From: Candidatus Kaiserbacteria bacterium
GTDB lineage: Bacteria > Patescibacteriota > Minisyncoccia > Phycocordibacterales > Phycocordibacteraceae
Assembly: GCA_963699165.1 (NCBI GenBank)
Contig: OY969413.1
Span: 596,562 to 660,561 of the forward strand
Direction of reading: 5' to 3'
DNA length: 64,000 nt
Below, piece after piece: positions 38,257 to 48,328 of the stretch. The notes under the pieces are model-generated. The model was not told where the DNA came from. It was given only the letters and a program-made list of their open reading frames with translations, and made no database searches. Made by a program: the position numbers and the translations under genes. Within the stretch, counting starts at the first letter, position 1, and each line of letters opens with the position of its first letter.

Positions 38257-38844
38257 TGGGAGCAATCCCCACCGTTTTATAATTTCTCCTAAAAACGGCG
38301 GGGATTTGTGCGCGCACAGGGCGGGCGGGGTGAGAAGCGAATACATGGAGCTTCGCAAGACTCATTGAGGATTTTTACGAGCAAAGCGAAGTAAAAAGCC
38401 CAATGAGTGGACAGTTCCTGTAAGGAAAGCACATACAGATTTGTTTGTGCCTAGCACAATCCGCTTTATGAGTTACTACGACCCGTAAACGAAGCCACGA
38501 ACGATACCGATGTACGGCTAAGCAAGAGCCAAACAGGCCTGTATCTCGTTGTTGAGTGGCTGGCGATACATATGTCTGGAATGGAGGCGCGCATGCATAA
38601 AAAATTCGATGGAGCTCGAGCTTACCTGACTCAATTCATATCGCTGCCACTGCCTTCCGGAGCGAGTGATTCAGAAGAGCGTACTTTTATGAACAGCATT
38701 GAGCAAATTAAAAAATTCTTGCAAGGGGAGAATCTTGAAGAAGGTTCAGAGAATGCAATCCCTCCCTTTGAATAGCATTGCGAAATTCGCCCCAACCAAC
38801 AAACCCGCCTCTCGGCGGGTTTGTCCGATCGCACTTACCATGCG

Positions 38845-39087
38845 TTATGCCGCAGGCGTTGCCGGCACCGGCGCACACGACCGACAATCCCCTTTATGCG
38901 TAAAGAGGATAAGGATTGCCGAGAGGCCGACGAGCACATAGACGCTGTTCTCAAGAACGGGCCATGTACCGAGCAGAATACTCACCACGTTCCAGTTATT
39001 GCCGAGAAAATTTCCGAGACCGACCAAGCCCCAATTGAGGCCGCCGACGACGAGCAGAAGAAACGCAACCGCGTGAAGTACTTTCAT
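38845..39087 (-). CDS. DUF378 family small membrane protein
   Basis: LLVVGGLNWGLVG...VYVLVGLSA. Confidence 0.88.
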   Translation of the reverse strand: MKVLHAVAFLLLVVGGLNWGLVGLGNFLGNNWNVVSILLGTWPVLENSVYVLVGLSAILILFTHKGDCRSCAPVPATPAA

Positions 39088-39222
39088 AGTGTGAAAGAGA
39101 TGATTATGAAGCGGTAAGGCCGCTGCTCATAGTATGAACCTTTTTTAGCGGCGGCGGGGATACCTCTGTGCAAAACATTTTACACTCGCCGTTTTACCTC
39201 GAACTTCGAGTATACTTTATCT

Positions 39223-39948
39223 ATGCTCTCCATCCCTTTTGCGGCGGGCCTTGTACTTGTGGTTGCCGACGTGTGCCTCGTATTTGCGTTGGTATTTTCA
39301 TTGATTCAGCCGCGGCGTTTTTATCTTGTGCGCCACGGAGAGACCTTGCTGAACGCGCAGCATGTCCGCCAAGGCGAGGAAGGCGCGCTTTCCGAGACCG
39401 GACGAATGCAGGCGGAACAGGTCGGGAAGTATCTCGCGCAATTCCCCATCGGACGCATCATTTCGAGCACCTATCCGCGCGCGAAGGAAACCGCGGCGAT
39501 AATAAACGAGCATCTGAAGGTGCGGACCGTGTATTCCCGGCTTCTTGTCGAGCGAAGGAATCCTAGCGAGATTATCGGCAAGCACACGAAAGACCCCGAA
39601 GTCATTCGCATCGTCGACCAAATGGACAATGCGTATCACGCCGACGAGTACCGCTTTTCGGACGAGGAAAACTTCGTCGATTTGAAACAGCGGGCGCGCA
39701 AAGCCCTAGCGCTTTTTACGAGGCCGGGAAGCGCCGAAACCGTTGTTGTAACGCACCATGTGTTTCTGAAAGTGCTTATCGCATACATGCTGTACCGCGA
39801 ACAGCTGCACGCCGGCGATTTTGCGAAACTGGCTTTTTTCAATTTTTCCGACAATGCGGGAATAACCGTGTGCGAATATCATCCGCTCAAAATGTTTTCA
39901 CGGACGCACGGTTGGGAGGTGCTTGAATACAACATGGTGCCGCAATAA
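39223..39948 (+). CDS. histidine phosphatase family protein
   Basis: LVRHGET, SSTYPRAKETA, VVVTH; N-terminal TM. Confidence 0.9.
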   Translation: MLSIPFAAGLVLVVADVCLVFALVFSLIQPRRFYLVRHGETLLNAQHVRQGEEGALSETGRMQAEQVGKYLAQFPIGRIISSTYPRAKETAAIINEHLKVRTVYSRLLVERRNPSEIIGKHTKDPEVIRIVDQMDNAYHADEYRFSDEENFVDLKQRARKALALFTRPGSAETVVVTHHVFLKVLIAYMLYREQLHAGDFAKLAFFNFSDNAGITVCEYHPLKMFSRTHGWEVLEYNMVPQ

Positions 39949-39983
39949 AAAATGCCGCGCCCCTTCGGGGCGCGGCATTTTTT
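39947..39983. terminator. bidirectional terminator
   Basis: aaaaaatgccgcgccc-cttcg-gggcgcggcatttttt between convergent genes. Confidence 0.85.
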
Positions 39984-40015
39984 ATGAAGGTCTGAACCTT
40001 CACAGCTTCCCGAAA

Positions 40016-41656
<1,641 letters not shown>

Positions 41657-41965
41657 TTAGTTTTCGATAAGTAGAATCTCGGACTCGGAGAGCACGTAGT
41701 ACTCTTCCCCGTCGAGTTTGATGGGTTCGTCCCACGGCTTTTTGAAAAATACTTTGTCGCCCGCTTTGACTTCAAGCGGAATGCGCTCTCCTTTGTCGCT
41801 TCGGCGTCCCGCGCCGACGGCAACGACTTCGCCCGCAAATAGTTTCTCTTTATTGACCGTCTCGGGAATGATGATGCCCGATGCGAGTTTCTTCTCGCCG
41901 CCCGAGTCCGACGGTCGGACTACCACGCGGTCTCCAAGCGGCTTCAGTGAAAGCTTTTTTGCCAT
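41657..41965 (-). CDS. groES: co-chaperonin GroES
   Basis: LKPLGDRVVV, ASGIIIP, GEVVAVG. Confidence 0.97.
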   Translation of the reverse strand: MAKKLSLKPLGDRVVVRPSDSGGEKKLASGIIIPETVNKEKLFAGEVVAVGAGRRSDKGERIPLEVKAGDKVFFKKPWDEPIKLDGEEYYVLSESEILLIEN

Positions 41966-42557
41966 ATTCTATATATAAATTAATAAACGCCCTCGTAACG
42001 GGATTATAGGCAACGCGTCCGTTCTTCGCAACTGGGGATGGGTTGCCAATGTCCATTACTTGTGGCAAAATGAATTCCGGACACGTGAAGTCCAGAAAGG
42101 ACGGTTAATCTTGATTGAAAACAACACGTTTCAACGTACCCATCCATTTCCGGTCGCCGCACCGGAAATAGCAACGTTCTTTTTACTACTGCCAGTGCTC
42201 GGATATGCAAGTTCTCCGGCATCCTGCGTCTACGAGAAATCCGATAAAGACGGCTGTGTTTTCATCGGAGTCACCCGTAAGGGTGACTAATCAGATTTCG
42301 ACGTGCTTCTCGTTTCTCAAAATGGAGATGCGGACGCGGCGGACGCGGCTCTCGAACAAGCGTGCGAAGAGCTTGAGCGTGCGGGCGTCGACACCGGATG
42401 GCTCGGTGGCGACTAAACCATGACGGCGCGACGGATTCAAACCCGCCGCGCCGCTCACTTTTTATAGCCGCCATCGGCTGGGAAATTGCTTTTCTATAAA
42501 ATTTGTTGTAGTATATTTCCGGATGTCCCACCTATCGTGGGACTGGAAAGGTTTGTT

Positions 42558-42839
42558 ATGTCGAAAATCGAATCAACGAAGACCCGCACGTTCTTCGTTC
42601 CTCCGTGGATTCTGCTCCTACAGTCCAACCAGGACTGGTGGAAAAGAGACCTGAGCGGAGTACGTGCAACCACCCAAGAATACTGCATCGCGCCGGGAGT
42701 GAGGTTTTTGGGGACGATTCGTCTCGACATTCACCTGCTCTTCGGAACAGTCAAGGTGACGGCATCGTCACCCTTTGGAGTCGACAACTCGTCCGAGTTG
42801 TTCGACCGGGCGTGGTCGCACCTGTTCCCTCAGGTGTGA
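42558..42839 (+). CDS. hypothetical protein
   Basis: ATG preceded by GAAAGG; followed by the hairpin cggggcgacagc...gctgtcgccccg. Confidence 0.4.
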   Translation: MSKIESTKTRTFFVPPWILLLQSNQDWWKRDLSGVRATTQEYCIAPGVRFLGTIRLDIHLLFGTVKVTASSPFGVDNSSELFDRAWSHLFPQV

Positions 42840-42955
42840 GGAAGGCACATCGGGGCGACAGCTTTGGCTGTCGCCCCGCTCTGTTTTTATCCCAGCGACC
42901 CTCGGCTTGCGCGGCCATGCTCGCCCGTGCTATGCTGACCGGCAAGATGGAGGCA

Positions 42956-43855
42956 CTAGTTGCGCTCCCCTCCTAAAGAACGAGACGAGACAGATTGTCC
43001 GCCGATTCCAGCCTTTAAAACCATGGGTTTTACTGGCTTTTGACTTTTTTGTGCAGTTTCTCTTGTATGTGCTTCCAACCATTGGTTGCCCACGGGTTGC
43101 CCAAAACCCTCAGAAAGTGCCCACGTTGGGTTAAGAAGGTCAATTGTCGTACGAAGTGTCGATGGTGCGAGATGAGCGTATCTCATGGTCATTTCAATGG
43201 ACGAGTGGCCCATCAGTTTCTGAACGGCCGGTACAGGGGCTCCAAGCATCACTAAGTGAGATGCGAACGTATGCCTTAGAGTATGCCAACCGATGTGACG
43301 AAGTCCGGCTTTTTGACAGAGGTTCGTCAATTTTCTGCCAAGACGATAGTGGTCGAAGTTCTTACCGTTGGCATCCAAGAACACGAATCCAGTGTCCTTT
43401 TTCATTCTGAAGAGCATCTCGTATAGGTCGGAGGTCATGTCTATGTGCCGCTCGCGGTTGCTTTTTGGCGATCCGAGCGCTTTTGCATAGTGGGACCAAG
43501 AATGTCGCACGATAATAAGCCTGTTGTGCCAGTCAATCGATGCCCATTGGAGACCTATGAGTTCTCCTAACCGCATTCCCGTCTTGAGACCGGTCAGAAT
43601 CAACTCTCGGATAACCCCGTCAGAGTGGAAGAGCAGCAGTTCGCTCTCGTCAAACGAAAGGTAGTCTGTAGAGGGCGGTGGACATTTGAGCCACGTAATT
43701 TCGGGTGGTGCCCCATCAAGCTGCAGCCATTTGTATGCTGTCGACACACAATGATTCAGGACTACCACGTGCTCATTGACTGTTCGCCTTGAGAGACCCC
43801 GTTTAAGCAAGTGGACTTTGTATCTTTCAATGTCACTAACGGTTATGCTAAAAAA
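42956..43855 (-). CDS. tyrosine integrase, apparently lacking the N-terminal arm-binding domain
   Basis: TGMRLGEL, PKSNRER, HTLRHTFASH, MGHSSIEMTMRYAH; the frame is open right up to the dinB stop. Confidence 0.85.
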   Translation of the reverse strand, partial: FFSITVSDIERYKVHLLKRGLSRRTVNEHVVVLNHCVSTAYKWLQLDGAPPEITWLKCPPPSTDYLSFDESELLLFHSDGVIRELILTGLKTGMRLGELIGLQWASIDWHNRLIIVRHSWSHYAKALGSPKSNRERHIDMTSDLYEMLFRMKKDTGFVFLDANGKNFDHYRLGRKLTNLCQKAGLRHIGWHTLRHTFASHLVMLGAPVPAVQKLMGHSSIEMTMRYAHLAPSTLRTTIDLLNPTWALSEGFGQPVGNQWLEAHTRETAQKSQKPVKPMVLKAGIGGQSVSSRSLGGERN

Positions 43856-45163
43856 TCATTTAACCTCCCCCAACATCGGTATCGCTAATCGTCTTCGATT
43901 CGTTTCCCCCTTGAACAAGGTTGTGACGCGTTTCGCCACGTCTCCTCGTTCGCCCAAATGGGCTGCGTGCGTCATTGCGCCAAAACTAGAACCGAGAAAG
44001 ACGGTGTGCTTCCCATACTTCTCAGATACCTCATCGATGTTTTCAAATACGTGCTTAATAGCTTCCGACTTTTGCACTGACCCAAAGAGATCGAGTTGTG
44101 TGCCTCCTGTTTGCGAGAGTCCCATGAGGGTAATGCCGGTGGCACGGTAGAGGGTTCCCTTCTTAAATATTTTCGGAAAGTATCGGGATACTTCTTTCAG
44201 AATGTCTTGAGGGATGTTAGTCGGGTACGCGAGTTTGATTTCGTAGCCGTGGTACTTGAACTCCTGTGTTTTCAGAAAAAAGAAAATCACGGGGCTCGCG
44301 AGGTTCCACCTGCGCGCCTTGATGCATGCATTCTCGATGTTTTTTGAAAGCTGTGCAAACACAAACGCAGGGTTCGTTGATGGAGGGGTAAACGTTTTTG
44401 TTTTGCTGATGGATTGATATCCCTTCCTGCCCAACGTATCGAGCTCATTCGCCACAATGCCATTCAATTCCTGCCACGTTTCGAAGTACGGCTTTGCCAC
44501 GCGTTCTTTCACCCACCCCTCTGGCTTCTTTGCAAAGTCGAGCGCCGTTTGTATGCCGAACTTGTTTAGAAGTGCTGACGTGTTTGGACCGATTCCCCAC
44601 ACCGAACCAACGGGAGTCTTCCCTAAAAAGATTCCACTGTCTCGAAGCGGAATCATCGTGAGGCCAGATGGCTTCTTCCACTTCGAGCCAATCTTTGCGA
44701 GCGTCTTTGTGGCTGATACACCAATTGAAAAGGTCATTCCGAGTTCGGTATCAAGTTCGTGCTTCATCTTTTGAGCCATTTGCTCGTAGTTCATATGGAG
44801 ACGACTACGCAGACCAGTGAGATCAGCAAAACATTCATCAATGCTGTACTCCTCAACCGCGGGCGTGTACCTGCGCACGATCGCATACATGCGCTCTGAG
44901 AAGATGCTGTATGTTTCATAGTCGGACGGAAGAATGATGGCGTTGGGACATACTTTGCGAACTTCGCTTAAACGCATGCCACGCTTAACTCCAAGCGCTT
45001 TCGCTTCATAGGACGCTGCAGACACGATGCCACGTTCTTTTCCTGTAATGACTGGCTTCCCGCGAAGCGAAGGATTCTTTGCTACTTCGCACGAAGCAAA
45101 GAAGGAGTCTCCATCCACGTGCAGGATGGCTCGCGGATACGACCCTAGTGAGCCCCACGCCAT
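43856..45163 (-). CDS. dinB: Y-family DNA polymerase (DinB/UmuC-like)
   Basis: ILHVDGDSFFASCE, SAASYEAK, YSIDECF, LAKIGS..KPSG. Confidence 0.93.
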   Translation of the reverse strand: MAWGSLGSYPRAILHVDGDSFFASCEVAKNPSLRGKPVITGKERGIVSAASYEAKALGVKRGMRLSEVRKVCPNAIILPSDYETYSIFSERMYAIVRRYTPAVEEYSIDECFADLTGLRSRLHMNYEQMAQKMKHELDTELGMTFSIGVSATKTLAKIGSKWKKPSGLTMIPLRDSGIFLGKTPVGSVWGIGPNTSALLNKFGIQTALDFAKKPEGWVKERVAKPYFETWQELNGIVANELDTLGRKGYQSISKTKTFTPPSTNPAFVFAQLSKNIENACIKARRWNLASPVIFFFLKTQEFKYHGYEIKLAYPTNIPQDILKEVSRYFPKIFKKGTLYRATGITLMGLSQTGGTQLDLFGSVQKSEAIKHVFENIDEVSEKYGKHTVFLGSSFGAMTHAAHLGERGDVAKRVTTLFKGETNRRRLAIPMLGEVK

Positions 45164-45164
45164 A

Positions 45165-45734
45165 CTAGTATTTGCGCACGACTGCAGTTACCACCGCTTC
45201 TATGCTCAGCGTGTTCTCCGGATAGATTGGTTTGTACTTTGCGTTTGCTGGTTCAAGGAAATACCCTCGTGGTCCTTTGCGCAGATACTTGATCGTGAAC
45301 TCGCCGTCGACCGAGGCGATGACGATTTGCCCTTCTTTGTATGTTTGCTTGCGCTCGACAATCACCATATCGCCGTCTTGAATTCCAGCATCAATCATTG
45401 AATCCCCTTTCACACGGAGGGTGTAGCTCGACTCTTTGTTTGGAGTGAGGTATTCGTCAAAATTCATTACGTCGAGCAATTCCTCTTCCGCTGCTGAAGG
45501 AAATCCTGCTTCGACCAATCCCAATACACGTGTACCACCGATGAGGGCATTCGTCGGAGAGAGTTTGCCTCGTTTGTCCTTCTTTACGGACCCGTCATCC
45601 ACAAGTTTGCTGATAAGCTTGTACACCGCGTTCTTTGAGCGGAAGCCGGTGAGCTTCATAAGCTCCTCGTATCCAGGCATACGGCGATGACGAGCATAGA
45701 ATCCGGCAAGCTTGCTTCGATATGTTTCGTACAT
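45165..45734 (-). CDS. lexA: LexA-family repressor (wHTH + S24 peptidase)
   Basis: RMPGYEELMKLTGFRSKNAV, VEAGFP cleavage site, VKGDSM, FTIKYL. Confidence 0.9.
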   Translation of the reverse strand: MYETYRSKLAGFYARHRRMPGYEELMKLTGFRSKNAVYKLISKLVDDGSVKKDKRGKLSPTNALIGGTRVLGLVEAGFPSAAEEELLDVMNFDEYLTPNKESSYTLRVKGDSMIDAGIQDGDMVIVERKQTYKEGQIVIASVDGEFTIKYLRKGPRGYFLEPANAKYKPIYPENTLSIEAVVTAVVRKY

Positions 45735-45740
45735 GCCGAG

Positions 45741-45770
45741 AGTATAGGTGAACTATGGTTCACCAGTCAA
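45741..45770 (-). promoter_or_regulatory. sigma70 promoter with a LexA box in the spacer
   Basis: Minus strand TTGACT-[GGTGAACCATAGTTCACC]-TATACT-N6-ATG; GAAC-N4-GTTC palindrome at 45747-45764. Confidence 0.85.
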
Positions 45771-46257
45771 GTGGCGTCGGGTTTTGGCAAGTCGCTGCTG
45801 AAACTTACTCTGGATTATGACACTACTGAACTTGTAGATTTTTGAAGGCTACATCCATATAAAGTTTAGTCACTTTGGAAATCATCAACTTAATTAAGTC
45901 AGGAATCAATGCTTCCGTAATCGCAAAGGAAGTAACCACATAACAAAGAGCCAGAAAACTATTCCGGCCAATTGTAACCATTAAGGGAACAGCACAAACA
46001 CACTGTTCATCAGTGTGTTATTCCTTCCATCACTTTCGCCTGTACTGCTCTGGTTAGTAATACTGCGTGCAACAGATTCGAAAATCGGTTGCCCACCGGT
46101 TGCCCAAAAAGTGATATTTGGTGATTAAGATTGATAGTCGGTGAGTACGATTGGTAATTTTGGTTATTCTGATAAATCCTTGTTTTATGCGGTTGAATTG
46201 CAATATATTCAGCTATCTTGCGCCTATTGGCCTCCCCGTGGTATCATCCCTAGCAAG

Positions 46258-46497
46258 ATGGAGGCACTCGTATCGGCACTGCCGTATGCGGAAATCATCC
46301 TCTCAATACTCCTCATCGTCGGCATCGTGCTCCAGCAGCGCGGTGCGACCCTCGGCGGAGCATTCGGAGGCGATAATTTCGCGTCAACGTTTTACAAGCG
46401 CAGAGGCGCCGAAAAATTCCTATTTAATGCGACCATAGTCATTGCAGTTCTCCTTATGCTCGCGGCAATAGCAAACTTCCTTCTCGCGGGGTCATGA
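46258..46497 (+). CDS. secG: preprotein translocase subunit SecG
   Basis: VLQQRGATLGGAFGG...RRGAEKFLFNAT. Confidence 0.93.
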   Translation: MEALVSALPYAEIILSILLIVGIVLQQRGATLGGAFGGDNFASTFYKRRGAEKFLFNATIVIAVLLMLAAIANFLLAGS

Positions 46498-48263
46498 ACG
46501 CCACGGAGGACAGTGCGACTCTAGCCCGAAGCGCCCAAAGCGAACGCTCCCGGGTATTGCGGAATGTTTTCGGACAGTCGCGGTCTCTTGGCCTCTCCGC
46601 GAAAATCGGAGGCCGCATGAGGACTCTTTCATCCGGCGACCGGGTGCTTGCCGGCATTCTTGCGTGTTTCGTGGCAATCGCTTCTCTTGCGAGCATCTAT
46701 GCGCTCGAACAATCATTTTTGATTCAGGTCCCGGCATACGGCGGCACGCTGCGCGAAGCCGAGATGGGAAATCCGCAATACATTAACCCGCTGCTTGCCA
46801 TCAGCGATGCCGACAGCGACCTTTCCACGCTCGTGTATGCGGGACTCATGGGACTTTCGGGAACGGGACAGCTTGTGCCGGTGCTTGCGGAAAGATATAC
46901 CGCATCCGCCGACGGGAAAACATACACCTTTGTGCTGAAGAAAAATGCGGTGTTTTCCGACGGCACACCCGTCACGGCGGCAGATGTCGTATTCACGGTG
47001 CAAAAAGCGCAGAACGCCGCGATTAAAAGTCCGAAGTTTGCCGACTGGTCGGGCGTCGGCGTAACCGCTCTCGACGCGCGCACCGTGCAATTCACGCTTT
47101 CGAAACCGTACGCGCCGTTTTTGGAGCTCACGACGCTCGGAATTATTCCGTCGCGGCTTTGGCAAAATGTATCGAATGAAGAGTTTGCGTTTTCGACGCT
47201 GCAAACAAGCCCGATTGGCGCCGGTCCGTTTAAAGTTCAACGCGTATCGCGCGACGCGACCGGGCTCATCAAAAGCGTGTCGCTCGTTGAAAATCCCCGG
47301 TATGTGCTCGGCCGGCCGTACTTAAACGGCATCCGTTTCGACTTCTACTCGCAAAGCGAAGACATCGCGCAGGCGCTCGCAAGCGGGGCGGAAGACAGCG
47401 CATACGATGTCGGCACAAAAGGCGCGCTCACTGCGCCGTACGCCCGCGTCTTCGGCGTGTTTTTCAATCCGAGCGAGAACAAAGCATATGCGCAATCGGA
47501 AGTGCGCAAAGCGCTCTCGCTCGCGCTTGACCGGCAGGACATTGTGACGAACGTGCTTGGCGGCTACGCGACCCCGATTATGGGGCCCGTTCCACCGGGC
47601 GGCGGCGTGAATCAAACGGCGATTCCGGCATCGCAAGATCCGACCGTGGACGCGGCGCAGGTGCTTGAGTCGGCCGGATGGACGTACAGCGCAACCTCGC
47701 ACGTCTGGCAAAACGCGAAAGAAAAACAAACTCTGAGCGCCATCACGATTCGCACTTCGAACGTGCCCGAATTGAAAAATGTCGCGAGCGCGGTGAAGGC
47801 GGACTGGGAGAAGCTCGGCATTCCGGTCGACGTGCAGCTCTATGAACCGGGCGATCTTTCGCAAAACGTCATCCGTACGCGCCAGTATGAGGCGCTGCTC
47901 TATGGCATGGTCATCGGCCGCGACGAGGATTTGTATGCATTCTGGGATTCGCAGGAAATCAACGACCCGGGACTCAACATCGCGCAGTACGCAAACAAAA
48001 CCGTGGACGCATTGCTTGAAGACGCGCGATCCTCCGTCGATGCGCAGGCGCGCGCCGCCGATTTGCAGAAAATCGAAGACGATGTCTCGGCGGATTATCC
48101 GGCCGCGTTTTTATACGCTCCCGATTTCACGTACGCGGTTCCGAGCGATTTGCGCGGCGTCATTCTTCCGCAAATCATCACGCCGTCGGACCGATTCGCA
48201 ACCGTGGCGTCATGGTATCGGGAAACGGACGCGGTTTGGCCGATTTTCGCGCGCCGGCAGTAA
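46494..48263 (+). CDS. ABC transporter substrate-binding protein (family 5, peptide type)
   Basis: GGTLREAEMG.PQYINPL, FSDGTPVTAADVVFT, PIGAGPFK. Confidence 0.92.
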   Translation: MNATEDSATLARSAQSERSRVLRNVFGQSRSLGLSAKIGGRMRTLSSGDRVLAGILACFVAIASLASIYALEQSFLIQVPAYGGTLREAEMGNPQYINPLLAISDADSDLSTLVYAGLMGLSGTGQLVPVLAERYTASADGKTYTFVLKKNAVFSDGTPVTAADVVFTVQKAQNAAIKSPKFADWSGVGVTALDARTVQFTLSKPYAPFLELTTLGIIPSRLWQNVSNEEFAFSTLQTSPIGAGPFKVQRVSRDATGLIKSVSLVENPRYVLGRPYLNGIRFDFYSQSEDIAQALASGAEDSAYDVGTKGALTAPYARVFGVFFNPSENKAYAQSEVRKALSLALDRQDIVTNVLGGYATPIMGPVPPGGGVNQTAIPASQDPTVDAAQVLESAGWTYSATSHVWQNAKEKQTLSAITIRTSNVPELKNVASAVKADWEKLGIPVDVQLYEPGDLSQNVIRTRQYEALLYGMVIGRDEDLYAFWDSQEINDPGLNIAQYANKTVDALLEDARSSVDAQARAADLQKIEDDVSADYPAAFLYAPDFTYAVPSDLRGVILPQIITPSDRFATVASWYRETDAVWPIFARRQ

Positions 48264-48328
48264 TCACTATTTACGTACGGGTTTTGTGCTTTATTAATTT
48301 TACAATCCCGCTTAACTAACCAATCGTT

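Larger units (their letters stand above)
42942..46268. mobile_element. integrative element (lexA-dinB-integrase) inserted at the secG start
   Basis: 16-bp direct repeats gcaagatggaggcact (42942-42957, 46253-46268); paired GGTTGCCCA arm-type repeats near both ends; integrase stop abuts attL. Confidence 0.85.

Noticed and set aside
41966-42480. tmRNA or CIRCE element upstream of groES
   Set aside because: Several hairpins, but no tRNA-like ends or tag ORF and no TTAGCACTC-N9-GAGTGCTAA; probably decayed coding DNA
46141-46257. N-terminal extension of SecG
   Set aside because: Lies in element-derived promoter DNA; the homologous start is ATG 46258
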